Positions 1 to 13,076 are shown, counted from the first letter of the whole stretch. The stretch is DNA of 62,965 nt, filler included, from Globobulimina sp. (GCA_003354225.1; 41 parts of 41 records of this genome joined end to end with filler, not necessarily neighbours in it); one strand, 5' to 3'. The notes: generated from the letters alone by a model not told the origin. Made by a program: numbers and translations.

Positions 1-151
1 TTAGTCTTGATCAAAGCGAGATAAATCTTAAAAGAAAACTTAATAAGCCTTCAGTCAAAAAGCAGCATAGCTTCTTTCTGCAAAGCGAAATTTCTCACAA
101 TTTCCTAATTCGCCCTTCGCTGACCACGAGCACATATATCGACGCAAACCA

Positions 152-1439
152 ATGTCAAACACACCCGAACTATCCAAAGCAGGCTCGTACAAACCCAAAT
201 CCTCGTTCAAACCCTTGAACTTCAAACCCAAATCGAAATCCCGCCATCGAAAACGCAGAGACTCCGACGCCTCCAATGCGTCCATCATCTCCATCGACCC
301 GGTCTCCCTAAGGTCTCTCCGCAAATTCCAAGACAAACTCGCCAAAGAAAACCAGAAACAAAAATATATCTATCGGCAACAGAAAAAAAGTAAATTCGAT
401 GCTTATACCAACAAATTCATTGACAACGAGTTAAAAGAAGAAGACGAATACAAATTCGATGACAAAACCCTCTCAGCAAAGCCTTCTAAAATGCAGCCAT
501 ACGACGAGAGCACTTTGCCCATCTCCAAAAAAACTAAAATAGCCACCAACACCAACGCAGATCTCGAAGATATCACCGTTGGCGAATTACTGCCCTTAAT
601 CAAGAACTTGGTGGATCGCCACAATAAACTACAAACCGAATACGACGTTTTAGACCGCCAGTTACGTGAACAAAAGATCGTAATGGAAGACAAAATCACG
701 CAATTACAAGACCAGCAGATCGATTTCGACGGATACGACAATCTCACCGCGTACGAGGACAACAACAACAAAATGAAGATTGAATACGAAGACAAAATCT
801 CGATTTTGAAAAATAATTACGAGAATAACGTGTTATCCATGCAAAGCGAGTGTGACTTGGAAGTGGAGAGTTTGAAGAAAGAAATTAAAACTTTGCATGC
901 AGACTGGAATGAAATCGACAAAGAAAACGAAGCGTTGCGACAGAGTTTGCAAGTGCTGCAGCACGAAAATGAGAGTTTGCGTATCAGCATCAATGAGAAC
1001 AACAAACGGTTTCAAAATATTAAACTATTCAAGAACAGGAATAAGCAGTTGGAGGCCGAGAACGATGCATTCCGGCAACAGATTGATAGCTTGGAGCAGG
1101 AGTTGGATTTATTGATTATAAAACAGCAGCAACTGCAACATGCACACGACCAGAACCCAGAAAATGCGCACACGCCGAGTCTCGTTCGTAATAAGGTAAA
1201 ATATCCACAATCGGCAGGTGCAATGTACGCAGATGCCACATACAATAAATAGACCCTTTTGATTGGCAACAAGGACCAATTGGACAACAAGTCATTGTAC
1301 AACAACACCAATCTGAGCGATTCCGGGGCAACTTATTGCACCAAATCGGCGATCTCGACGGTTATGCGTCAAATCGGCACTCTTCGGCAGACCCTCCGGA
1401 CCGCGATAGCAATTACGAAGAGTACGAAGACGAAGACGA
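152..1439 (+). CDS. Coiled-coil protein, probably spliced near 1190-1252 and 3'-truncated
   Basis: 366-aa ORF with K/S-rich N-terminus and long heptad region; after the AG at 1251-1252 another frame reads PFDWQQGPIG...YEEYEDED to the contig end. Confidence 0.6.
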
Positions 1440-1539
1440 NNNNNNNNNNNNNNNNNNNNNNNNNNNNNNNNNNNNNNNNNNNNTTAATTAATTAANNNNN
1501 NNNNNNNNNNNNNNNNNNNNNNNNNNNNNNNNNNNNNNN
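1440..1539. other. Artificial contig spacer (N run + TTAATTAATTAA + N run); first of 40 such spacers
   Basis: Identical 100-bp N/linker blocks recur every ~1,538 bp; the linker has stops in all six frames. Confidence 0.99.
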
Positions 1540-1642
1540 TATAAATAAAAGTAAAAAAATATCGATTTTAACCGATTTAGATGACAACAATAATAATATT
1601 TTATTTGGTTCGTGTTTATATAAAATATCAGATCTTGAATCC

Positions 1643-2287
1643 ATGGAAAAGATAAAAAACGCAGTGAATGGATCATTTTTTAATTCTTTATTTTTTAGTA
1701 TGCATTCATTAAAATGGTATTTAAATATTGCTCCAAATGGCAGGACGTTTGAGGAAGAAAATAAGTTTATTTTATCATTAATTATTTCATCACTTCCTCC
1801 GAATATAAATAATATTTGTTTATCAATCAATATGCAAATAAATGAAATTAAAGAGAAAAAATATAAGAAAGTAAATCATACAAAAAATGGATTAGAAATT
1901 ACATGGTATTCTGGAACGACCACATTGAATGAAATTGAAAAATTAAAAACATTAAGCATTCAAATTGAAATTGGCATTTTGGATATTTATTATAATCATC
2001 ATCAAAATAAAGAGATATTGAAAGCAATCAAACAAAGGAATGATGAAAATAAGGAATCAGAAAATATATCATTTGATACAAGGGAAGTAAAGAAATGGCT
2101 GACTGATATTGTTCGATTACCACAATATTTAAATAATTTTACCTTGAATGGTTTTTACGAATTAAATGACATAAAATTAATAGAAATGGATACTTTAAAT
2201 AAAATGGATATAAACAAAATTGCACATAAATTACGAATATTACATCAAATTCAAGCATTAAAACAAAAACTTACAATAGAAACTTAG
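1643..2287 (+). CDS. Protein with C-terminal SAM domain (may be 5'-partial)
   Basis: EVKKWLTDIVRLPQYLNNFTLNGF...MDINKIAHKLRILHQI fits the SAM pattern. Confidence 0.75.
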   Translation: MEKIKNAVNGSFFNSLFFSMHSLKWYLNIAPNGRTFEEENKFILSLIISSLPPNINNICLSINMQINEIKEKKYKKVNHTKNGLEITWYSGTTTLNEIEKLKTLSIQIEIGILDIYYNHHQNKEILKAIKQRNDENKESENISFDTREVKKWLTDIVRLPQYLNNFTLNGFYELNDIKLIEMDTLNKMDINKIAHKLRILHQIQALKQKLTIET

Positions 2288-2446
2288 AAATTATATATAT
2301 CTGACTATTAAATAATTGCAATTTAATACCTGATTTTGTCTGTTTTTGATATACACCTTTACTGGTGATTGCATCTCAGAATATGTTTATTAGAATGTCC
2401 GAAGTCTGCGCGCTGAGCATGAATAAATAAATAGAAAGTTTTAATC

Positions 2447-2978
2447 ATGGCAGCATATCTCATCTGGATTGTATGCCAATTAGCCACAATAACCATCACT
2501 TCACGTAGCGCACGTGTAGGAAACTCAAAGTATTTGCAATGTTTCGGTGATTTAACAGAAGTATATTGGAAATGGGTAACCAATCGAATCAATTACAACA
2601 TTACTCATACATACAATACTTCCAATATTGGTTCTGTTCTTTGGACGCAATCTCCTTTAGAATCAACCACACAATTTGTAGTCCTAAAATCTGTCTACTT
2701 TGCAGATGACGTAATATATCAACATGGCAACCTCCAAATAGATTTAATACACGTTAATTCTGAATGGAGTTTTGCATTAAAACGAAATTTTGCTATTTGG
2801 CCGACACAGATTACCAAAGATTGGATAGATTTATATCCAAGCTTTATATTAAAGCACTCTGTGCATAAAACGGAAAGCAATAATAATTACAACATCACAC
2901 ATCGCACAAACTTCATGTCCAAGCCAGATTGGATTGATTTTCCTATTTTGTTCTACAACTCGCAACTTTTATCATTTT
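2447..2978 (+). CDS. Hypothetical protein, possible signal peptide, 3'-truncated
   Basis: Open ORF to the contig end with hydrophobic N-terminus. Confidence 0.45.
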
Positions 2979-3369
2979 NNNNNNNNNNNNNNNNNNNNNN
3001 NNNNNNNNNNNNNNNNNNNNNNTTAATTAATTAANNNNNNNNNNNNNNNNNNNNNNNNNNNNNNNNNNNNNNNNNNNNATTTTGATTTTTTCACCAAATA
3101 AAAACTATATAAATTGTATAATAACAAATCTTGACAGGATTTTTGGAGATATTTAAGCAATAAAATATTTCAAACTTTATCATGCCTACAAATATACAGT
3201 AAACTCATTCTCCCAAACGAGACGACAAATGTTTACCTCGCTTTTAGTGCACAGAATTTTACCGTAAATAAATTAAAAAAGATACCAAAAGGAAATGGTA
3301 CAGTGATCAGACGCAAAAACATATATTTGTGCATGGCAATTTTATGAACAGAATGAAGTACCATTTTGT

Positions 3370-4252
3370 TCAAATATTCAGAACAGTGTCACCTTCATTA
3401 TAATTATGACCCTGTTTCAATTGAATTATACAATTTAATAATTTCATTTGATGTCCAATTTTGTGGATACCAATTCCTTTTATTGTGTCTATTGTCAATA
3501 ATACCATTCTTAATAAATATATCATAATATTGACCTAAACCAACCACAATTTCTAACCATAATTTTAATCTTTGATTTTCTGTGTTAACATTATTATTTG
3601 ATGGTAATTTATTTATATCGTGTTTCATTAATTCAATTTCCGTCATAATTTTATCAATTCTCTTTGCATTATCATCACCATTTAATTCCTTTTCCTCTTC
3701 ATCCATTTTTAATTCAATAGCTTTCAATCTATTTTCCATTCCATCTAATTTTGTTGATAATTGATCAATTTTTGACATGACTGATTTCAATGTTGCTCTT
3801 TGATGAACAGCTGTTGAATTAATTGATTCTTTCGATTCATCGTCATCTTCTGAATATAAATGTGTTTTGTCAGTGCCATTCTCATCAATAGCTTGAATTA
3901 TTGATGTTTCTACTTTCAATGTCAATGATTTGCAATCTTGAATATCTGAAAATTTACCAATATTGTTAAAATAATGCCAACTGCCGAGAAGCGCACTTTG
4001 TGACCGGGTTTCATTGATTTCAACAAATGATACAACCAATGCAGCAGTAATTTTGGCATATTTTCTTGGTTTTGGATGATAGAAAATTAAGTCTACATTC
4101 ATTTGTCCTGCATCATTGGCACATGGGTAAAAAGACAAATTGAGTGTGCCATCATACACATCGAAAGTAATACCCTGGAATGCAGAACCTTTGGTTGCAA
4201 GTTTTATTGCTTTTAATACAGCCCCTTTCATTTTCCACTCAAACGACGGCAT
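3370..4252 (-). pseudogene. MATH/TRAF-like + coiled coil + SAM protein with a frameshift in the SAM domain
   Basis: N-terminus FEWK...LSFYP is MATH-like; SAM first half LKLWLEIVVGLGQYYDIFIKNGI continues in another frame as LLTIDTIKGIGIHKIGHQMKLL...NI*. Confidence 0.65.
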
Positions 4253-4893
4253 GGTTTTGCAGTGAACGATTTATTTCAAAAGATACTCACCCCTGGTCGA
4301 TGTTTGATTTGTGTGGACTGTAAAAACTACATAAACACAAAAATAATGCATTATAAGGCATGTTTACTTTATCGTAAAAATCTGTTTTTAAACAGAAAAA
4401 ATCAGTTTTTTCTGTTACAAGAGTGTGGACACTTTCTCAGGGGTTTTAAAATTGTGGGTTGAACATTTGAGTAACATGTTCAACATGTTGTCTAAGAGCT
4501 GGCTGCACCAAATCTAANNNNNNNNNNNNNNNNNNNNNNNNNNNNNNNNNNNNNNNNNNNNTTAATTAATTAANNNNNNNNNNNNNNNNNNNNNNNNNNN
4601 NNNNNNNNNNNNNNNNNAATGTAATGGAATTAAAATCATCGATACAGTTTCAAAATAGTCACAAATGGATTAATGGATCAAAAAAATACAATTTAAGCAA
4701 TATTGAATAGATCAATATAACAAAAATTCAATTGACTATTTTCGAAAATCTATAGCATCGATGTGTATGTCCGTTCTTTTCGATCTATTAAAGTTTATAT
4801 TGTATAAATTGGCATTTAATTTTTACGATAAAGCAACAATCTTTGAGATTTTTTGAGTTTTGAAGAATCTGTAAGCTCGATGCCAGTGTTTAG

Positions 4894-6056
4894 ATGGGAA
4901 ACAGTCATATAAGTACTTCTTGGTCATCCGGTTTACAAGAATCTTATGAACGTGATCATGCATTTTGTTTTGCTTTCAATGCATTCTTTGAAAGCAATCT
5001 TGCGGATGGTATTGATTTGAACGCGTTCAATGAATGGTCAGCCAAATCAACAAAATATATCCATTCATTAAAACAAGAATATAAGAAAGAAACATTAAAT
5101 ATCCACGACGTAAAGACTGTTACTTTACGTATTTTAACCCGGTTCATTAATGATGATAATATTAATTGCAATGGCACTGATATAGAATTGATGATAATCA
5201 AACTGCTGTCTTTATGCCATTTTGATGAAGAAACAGAGGAACAATTTTTATTTTCTCGTTTTGTATTTCATGTGTTAGCAACTATTATTTTGTCACGTGA
5301 TGCTTTACAGCAAATTGAGTCAAAATATCAGTTTGATATCAATATATATTTTGGCTCCGAAATTAAGACGAATCTAACACGAAAATGTATAGCTGTGAAT
5401 ATTGATAAATTGCAGAATAAAAGTTATATTTTAATAAAAAAAGAGTTGATGCCATTTATGCATCATATTGAATGTATTTGTATGGTGATTGCAGATTTTG
5501 TCCAATATAAATATTTCAAAGCAATTCAAAAAATGAGCATATTATTTATACACTGTGTAAATTGGATGAATTTCGGGAAGATGTCCAACATTGATTGGCA
5601 GCCGCTGCATAGGGTTCGTCCTCAAACAACTCGGTATAATTTAGCAAATATTATAGGAGCAACATCATATGCATTGTCACTCGAATTTGAAATGGAAAAA
5701 GTTAATGCATATTCAATTATGTTTTTTTATAAATATAAACTAAATAACTATAAATTATATAAACCACGCGATGCTGTCCATGGATTGAATATGTTTCTTG
5801 CGAAATTTTCCAACACATCATCGGTTGGGATAGATCCCCGGCAATTTATTGATTTGGTGTCACATTTTTGCAATGGAAATTGGAGAATAATGCACGGCTT
5901 TTTATCTTATTGGATGTCAATTGACAGCAAAGTGCCCGCCCGGATATTTATAACTGACAATAGACGTAAAATAGATTTTATTTTCAATGAAATCTTGATT
6001 AAATACAAAGTGTTGGAGAATGCCAACTCTGCACTTGCGTTACTGATATTTTTTCA
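4894..6056 (+). CDS. Hypothetical protein, 3'-truncated (possible N-myristoylation MGNS)
   Basis: ~388-codon open frame in AT-rich DNA; no family recognised. Confidence 0.55.
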
Positions 6057-6474
6057 NNNNNNNNNNNNNNNNNNNNNNNNNNNNNNNNNNNNNNNNNNNN
6101 TTAATTAATTAANNNNNNNNNNNNNNNNNNNNNNNNNNNNNNNNNNNNNNNNNNNNTAATAGAAAATAACAATAAACTGTAGATTAGTAGCATAATAGAA
6201 ACGTGGACTTGAACAGTGTGTAGCTCATAAGTTGAATCATCAGGGGCCGGTTGCACGAAAGTGGCTAAATATTAAGACTAGTCTAGGCAAAAGACCGGTC
6301 TAAATCCCAAAAGACTAGTCTAACAAAAGCCAAGTCTTTAGTCGCGTTGCACGAACAAAATTTAGACAAGACTTTTGCTAGACTAGTCTAAATAGAATTT
6401 AGCCTTGTTTTTTAATAAAAAAATTTGGAATTTGGTTCATTTTTTTGCGGTTCTCTTATTAAAAATTGTAAAAA

Positions 6475-6916
6475 ATGTCAAAAGAAGTGAAGAAAAATGA
6501 TCCGGACTTCTCAGCTGCAGAAATTGAGTTTTTGGTCAACGAATATTTAAAGAAAAAGGACCTTTTCACACAAAAACACAATGTTGCCAATGTAAATCGT
6601 AAGAAAAATGATGCCTGGTCCGCCATTCAACAAGGACTTTCAAACGTACGGCCTGGCTTGATTCGTGAGATTGATAAAATCCAGAAAAAGTGGAAAAATT
6701 TGTTCAGTTTGGCTAAAAAATGTGCTGCCAATATTCGACATCCGCCAACAGGTGGTGGACCCCCAGATAAATACCCCGATTACATATACCGAATTGTTGA
6801 TGCATTCTGGCATGATGCCAATGTTACTGGAATTGGTGAAGCCATCGAATCTGGAACCGATTTCGTCATTCCTGTTATACATGGACTTGCCGAGGGAGGA
6901 GGTATTAAAAGTCAAG
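6475..6916 (+). CDS. Myb/SANT-like DNA-binding protein (Harbinger accessory ORF), first exon
   Basis: FSAAEIEFLV...KKNDAWSAI...IQKKWKNL...TGGGPP is the Myb_DNA-bind_5/trihelix pattern; donor AAG|GTATGT at 6917. Confidence 0.85.
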
Positions 6917-7067
6917 GTATGTATAGAAATACATTTTGTTCTTTTTATTTATAGGTCTTGTGACATGATGTGTGTATGTATTATCGCAATACATGTACAG
7001 TACATGCTACACTACATACAGTATTGTGTATACGGTATACTAACAATACATACATCAATATGTATGT

Positions 7068-7165
7068 AGTACGGTACATACTGCACTGCATACATGAATG
7101 CATGTATGGTACATACTGCACTACATATACCAATGTATGTACGGTACATACTGCACTGCATACAT
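7068..7165. repeat. 35-bp minisatellite, about 3 copies, intronic
   Basis: TAyGGTACATACTGCAC at 7070, 7105 and 7140. Confidence 0.8.
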
Positions 7166-7914
7166 AGGCGTGGTTGGCGATTTCCCCTCAAAATTGTCAA
7201 TCTGCTAGGCAAATTGGCAACATGCTTGACTTGAGTCTCTACCCAGAGTCTCGCCGAGGGGGTCAAAAAATTTGTCCGAGGGGGGTCGAAAATGATACTT
7301 CAAACGAGTTTTTCGCGAAAATTTCGAAAAAAGGCAAAACAATCGAAAAAATCGCCCAAAAAGGTCAAAATTTTCTACTTCCAAACGCGACCAACCTCAA
7401 CTTTGCACTGGTCTTGTGTTACTGAGAAGGTGTAGATAACTTGGTCAGCAGTATAGGCTATGGCAGAGGCTGATGTATCATACTGTAAAGGACCTTTGGA
7501 CTGGTTAAAGAACGTCCATGTTGGTGTAGTGAGAGTGGGGAACAATACAACATCTATATGTATGATACCATTAGAGGGGCCATCTGAACATAGGANNNNN
7601 NNNNNNNNNNNNNNNNNNNNNNNNNNNNNNNNNNNNNNNTTAATTAATTAANNNNNNNNNNNNNNNNNNNNNNNNNNNNNNNNNNNNNNNNNNNNTATGA
7701 TTTTTTTCATAGACATGTAATTGTTTGGTATATAATACAATCCATTGACAAAATTCACAATTTGGATGTTGATTATTTTCACAAAATGATGCAAAATATA
7801 GACATGGGCTTGGTTTTTCTAACCATACATGAGATCCATATTTATTTTTATAATAATCATACCAATTACTTATCAATATAATATACACAAAAAATGACAA
7901 AAAATAAAATATAT

Positions 7915-9134
7915 TTATCTCAACTTTTTTGTATCAGTTTCTTTCTCATCCACAGCTCCTAAATCATTACTTACACCCACACCGCCACCTAAATTATCAC
8001 CCACGCCATCACCTACACCATCACCTACACCATCACCACCATCCACTACACCATCCACTACACCATCCACTACACCATCCACTACACCATCACCTACACC
8101 AACACCTACACCAACACCTACACCAACACCGCCACCTAAATTGTCACCCACTCCATCACTTACACCATCACCTACAGCTCCTCTGCCACCACCATCTCCT
8201 CTGCCACCTTCAACAATATTACAAGCAAACTCATTAAAATAAGCTAAGTCCACCTCCTCAATATCATCAATATCATCACTAATAATACTGACAGTTTCAT
8301 TATTATTTGTATTATTATTATTATCTTCAATATTATATATATTATCATCTTCATTGATATCATCTTCATTGATATCATTATTATTATTATCGATATCGAG
8401 ATCCGAATCATTGATATTATTATCATTATTATCCATATTTATATCATTATTTTCTTCATCAAATGCAAATAAATTAATTGTTTTATTATTTTCAATAACT
8501 GGTGCAATTAATTGTTGCTTTCTTTCATCTTCTTCTTTTTGTAATTTATTAACAATTTCAATTCTCGCATTTGCATACCATTTTTTATGAGATAATCCTA
8601 ATAAATGTTGAATAAACTTGACTGGTTGAAGCATTTGTGTTTTTTTCATTTTATTTCTCAATAATTGTTTAAATTTCGGCGACGTTGTTGAAAATAATGG
8701 ATTATATCCTTTTTGTTTATTTTTAATTTTAATCATTTTCATAATGTTTTGAGCGGAGTTTGAATGGGATGTACGTTGACGAATAATACTATTTTGAGAT
8801 GCATGCATTGCAGTAATATTTTGCTCATCATTTGCAATAAGATTTTGAGCGCTGTTGGTTGATTCCTGGTCTATTGGATGAGGGCTATAGTTGGTATACA
8901 CTGTTGGTGGCGTATTATTACTAATAAATTGTTGATTTGTTTGTGCGGATTGCGCAGTACCACGACTTTGATTATATTGCGGTACGTTGGCTGCAGTCTG
9001 CATCATATTATGCTGTGCAGTTTGCGCAGTACCATGACTTTGATTATATTGCGGTACGTTGGCTGCAGTCTGCATCATATTATGCTGTGCAGTTTGCGCA
9101 GTACCATGACTTTGATTATATTGCGGTACGTTGG
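7915..9134 (-). CDS. Low-complexity protein with 24-aa tandem repeats, N/D-rich tract and GV/GD repeats; 5'-partial
   Basis: 387-aa ORF; 72-bp repeats at ~8950-9134 and 6/12-bp repeats at ~7975-8200. Confidence 0.6.
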
Positions 9135-9499
9135 NNNNNNNNNNNNNNNNNNNNNNNNNNNNNNNNNNNNNNNNNNNNTTAATTAATTAANNNNNNNNNN
9201 NNNNNNNNNNNNNNNNNNNNNNNNNNNNNNNNNNTTATTGTTTCTGAGAAACGAAGGCAAACCTATATTATTTTTACCTTTATCAGTCACCAGAAACGGT
9301 TTGCTTACACCTTACCCCAATAAAAATCTGACGCTGAAGACCGGATGCTCTTTAATTTAATTCGAAAACAGTTAGCTGACTAGCTACGAAGTCATCACTC
9401 ATAGCTGAGAAACACTTGTCAAAATAAAATCAGTGCTTTTTTTTTATCAGATTGGATAATTGATTGTATATTTTGCCATCTATTGTATGGTATTTTATT

Positions 9500-10673
9500 A
9501 TGGCCAATGAAAGGATTGAATCACTTGAACATCAAATACAACAATTACAAGTGGATAAGATTGAATTAATCAGATCAACATCCACAGAAATCGAGAGACT
9601 CAGACAAATCATCAGAACATTATCTAATCCACAACCTATTACCGATAGAAATGGTTTTAAACTGTTTAGTAAACCAAAATATATTCAAATCTAACATCTA
9701 AAAACATAAAATATATACATACTCAAAGTGAATATAAACCTTTATCCATCCAAGAAAAACACAAATTATCTTCTAATCAACAACAACAACCACAACCACA
9801 ACAAGAACACAAACAGCCGCCAAACACACTAGCTACGGATCCCACAAATATACATATCGAAGAATGGCAAGGTCCACCAAACAGCTCTTTGCCATCCTTG
9901 CGAGAGTCCTACGAATACGGCAAATTCCAACCCTTCAATCCCCCCGAAACTGCCCCGACAGCCACAGCTGAGTCCATCCCTCAGCCAGAACAGAAAACGC
10001 ATAGGTCTGAGGAGAGCATCTTCCGCTTAAACACTAAAAGAATGTCATACAAAGGCTTTGAGTTCGGCGACTTTGGTTTCATGACCACTGACTTCGATCA
10101 ATTAGCCAGAGGCCATACACAGTTAAGCCTCTCTAAAAACACACAAAGCACTTCAAAAAGCACACAAACGCGTGATCCACACAGATGGGTCAACCAAGTC
10201 ATGCATCATCCCGTGCAAAACGGCATTGTTATCACCGCAAGGTATGCCATGTCATAATCTGTGCTTTGATCTACGCAAACTCGCAATACCTAACCCCTCA
10301 CAGCGACGACTGGTGTGTCATGTTTTGGAGGTTCAAGAAGTCAGTGGGTAATGACGAGCTAAAACAGGAGAAACTGAATTCAATGCTAAACAAACAAAAG
10401 TTAGCCTCAAAAGTGACGCTCAACAAACAGAACAACTATTACATAGACCCCAAGTTGCAGCACATCTGCGGCGAGATTGAGTTGTTGCCGGTGCTCAAAA
10501 TCAACACCGGCCTGGAAGTGAAGGGCATAGCCATGAGCAGCGACGGCAGCGTGTTGGCCTGCACCTGTTACGACGAGGAGGAGGACGAAGGGAACCCAGA
10601 GTTGCAGCTCTACTTCGATACGGACCAACGATGGACTTTCAAGCACCATCAATTCAACCCTTATTACGGCAAT
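9500..10673 (+). CDS. Coiled-coil + WD40-repeat protein, spliced, 3'-truncated
   Basis: Removing intron 10242-10303 (GT..CAG) gives HRWVNQVMHHP...ITASDDWCVMFW; second blade VKGIAMSSDGSVLAC; another intron at about 9654-9728. Confidence 0.75.
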
Positions 10674-10773
10674 NNNNNNNNNNNNNNNNNNNNNNNNNNN
10701 NNNNNNNNNNNNNNNNNTTAATTAATTAANNNNNNNNNNNNNNNNNNNNNNNNNNNNNNNNNNNNNNNNNNNN

Positions 10774-11319
10774 ATTAATTACATTGGCATTTGCAATATA
10801 ACATTTTCCTTTGATCCAGATGCGAGTCAAAGTAATCAACTACATATTAATGTTTATGGCAAAAACGTTTTATGGAATTCAGCTATAATTTGTCCAGATT
10901 CATCAGTGCCGGCAGATTGTTTGATAAATATAAATAGTTTGATTGGAAATGAATTTTTTTATTCTGAGATATGGTCTACCTTTGGGTTTGATGGATTTTT
11001 ATTGGAATGTAATGGGAATCCATGTTTTATGGAGAAAGCTATTGCAAAATGTATGAATAATCATTATGAATCGTGTTTATTTGAGAATATTACTTTAGAT
11101 TGGAATGAATGGCAATGTGTTGATAATGATTCGATTAAATGTTCTCCACAAATTAATATTGAAACAGCGATGTCACCTTCGCCGATTCGCATGAATAATG
11201 ACGAAGATATGGATATGGATATATCCATATTACCCACTTTGAATCCAATTAGTACCACTAACAATTCATTTGTTGTTTATAATGATTTATTTTATCATGA
11301 TTATAGTCATAGATTATAG
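10774..11319 (+). CDS. Cys-rich surface-type protein, C-terminal part
   Basis: Frame open from the contig start; spaced Cys followed by P/T-rich stalk. Confidence 0.45.
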   Translation: MNYIGICNITFSFDPDASQSNQLHINVYGKNVLWNSAIICPDSSVPADCLININSLIGNEFFYSEIWSTFGFDGFLLECNGNPCFMEKAIAKCMNNHYESCLFENITLDWNEWQCVDNDSIKCSPQINIETAMSPSPIRMNNDEDMDMDISILPTLNPISTTNNSFVVYNDLFYHDYSHRL

Positions 11320-11558
11320 AAAGTTTTAATGTTTCTAGGATTAATTGCAATGTTTTACTGTATTGAATTTTTCCCAATTTTTTTTTTCGCATTTTTTTTT
11401 TAATTTTAATATAATTTTTAAATTTACTGCTTAGTTCATTAATAAACAATTATTGGCAAACAGAGACAGAGCACAGAAGAGCTTGTTTTAAACCCCTCGA
11501 TCATGTTTAATAATTAAACGATTTTTTCATAAAATTATATTTTCAGTCACCAACCATC

Positions 11559-12212
11559 ATGGCAACAGAAATACTTTACATGTCGTTAGCAATTGGATTG
11601 ACCGTATTTGGTTCCATAGGCAATGCTCTTGGATATGTATGGCAAAAAAAAGGTCACTTATCACACATAGAAACAAACGAAATTCATGAAATCCATGACG
11701 AAGAAACAGAGGCCATATTCAAAAACAAAACATGGGTCCTTGGATTCATTGTATGTCTCTTTGGTTCAATTTTAACAGCGATAGCATTCAAATTTGGAGC
11801 GCAATCCGTGTTGGCACCGTTAAGTGCTCTGGTTTTAGTATGCAATGCAATTTTTGCCACTAAAATCCTCGGTGAACCCTTTACGCGGCAAACCTTCTAT
11901 GGCATCATCTTAGTAATCATAGGGAGCGTAGTCGCGGTTATATTTGGTCCCAAAAGCAGCACAGCTCCAGTTTCATTATCATACATTGAGTCATGTTGGA
12001 AAAACCAAACATTTTTAATATTTTTCGTTGCGTTGACTCTGTTATGTATCGTTGATTACGTTTTTGTCAAAGTATTGGAAAAGAAAAACGCGAAATCCAT
12101 AGAATTAACTCATACCATCATTCATGGCGCAGATTTTATGATGATTTCCTATATTGGCTTAGCTGCATATTTTGGTTCCATCAACGTCTTATTTATGAAA
12201 TCGTTGATGATC
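11559..12212 (+). CDS. NIPA-family magnesium transporter, 3'-truncated
   Basis: GNALGYVWQKKGH, WVLG, AFKFGAQSVLAPLSALVLVCNAIFA...LGE motifs; multiple TM helices. Confidence 0.88.
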
Positions 12213-12312
12213 NNNNNNNNNNNNNNNNNNNNNNNNNNNNNNNNNNNNNNNNNNNNTTAATTAATTAANNNNNNNNNNNNNNNNNNNNNNNNNNNNNNNN
12301 NNNNNNNNNNNN

Positions 12313-13076
12313 ATGAAATCAAACGACCCAATTCCCTGTGTCCAGCATAAAAAATTAGCCAGGGATACAATAGATATTAAATGTTTTTCTTCTTTTGATA
12401 GTTTTAAATGACCAAAAGGTTGGTGGTGATATTTCACTACTGAGATTAGCTTTTTCGGTAATTTCCATTGATTGCATAAATACGCACCAATATCATCATG
12501 TCCAAGTCCAATAAATTTGCGCTCATTTTCGATCACTTGATCAGTGGATGTGGTTAATTGTAATATGAATTCACCATAATTTTTTCGACCTCTAATATCG
12601 AGAAATATTTTTCCAATATCATGTATAAGTCCAGCGACGTATGCTTCCTCTGGGTCTGGATAATTGGTTTGTTTGGCAATATGTGTGCTTAACACTGCAA
12701 CACTGAGGCAATGACGCCAGAATAATAGTCGATCAAACTCATCGGAACGACCAGATTTAAACAACTTGTCAAATACAGTCATTTCAATGGCTAATTTTTT
12801 AATTTCAGATAATCCGAGAAAGACCATTGCCTCAGAAAGAACTGTGATTTTTCGCCCTAATCCATACATGGCTGAATTTACGATTTGAAGTATTTTAACA
12901 GATAACCCCGGGTCGGTCTCCACTATTTTTGACAAGTCTTCCACTGATGCCGTATCATCTTTAAATGCCTTAAGAAGTTTTGCAGCCACTTGGGGAAAGA
13001 CGGGTAGTTTATTATCCTTCAGGTTCAATACATCGTTGATCTCAGATTTCGAAGGAAGATGCAATTCACTTTTCAT
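12313..13076 (-). CDS. Bacterial HDOD-domain signalling protein, 3'-truncated
   Basis: LPVFP, DPGLSVKILQIVNSAMYG, FWRHCLSVA, AGLIHDIGK, HDDIGAYL..WKLP, YHH; AAGGA Shine-Dalgarno upstream; no introns. Confidence 0.93.

Larger units (their letters stand above)
6244..7595 (+). mobile_element. PIF/Harbinger DNA transposon, left end
   Basis: CAG (candidate 3-bp TSD) followed by GGGCCGGTTGCACGAAA terminus, palindromic AGACTAGTCT subterminal repeats, then a Myb/SANT-like ORF. Confidence 0.75.

Noticed and set aside
1484-1495. Regularly spaced TTAATTAATTAA repeats
   Set aside because: Artificial linker inside N spacers; ORF tails ending X...LIN are artefacts
7163-7400. hAT-like insertion starting CATAGGCGTGGTTGG inside the Harbinger intron
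   Set aside because: No matching inverted terminus or TSD found; only CCAACC matches
7929-8237. His-rich 102-aa ORF
   Set aside because: Antisense shadow of the GV/GD repeats; the same applies to most short opposite-strand ORFs in the track
12313-13076. HD domain as Cas3 or a defence nuclease
   Set aside because: Motifs are those of HDOD signalling proteins; no helicase or cas context
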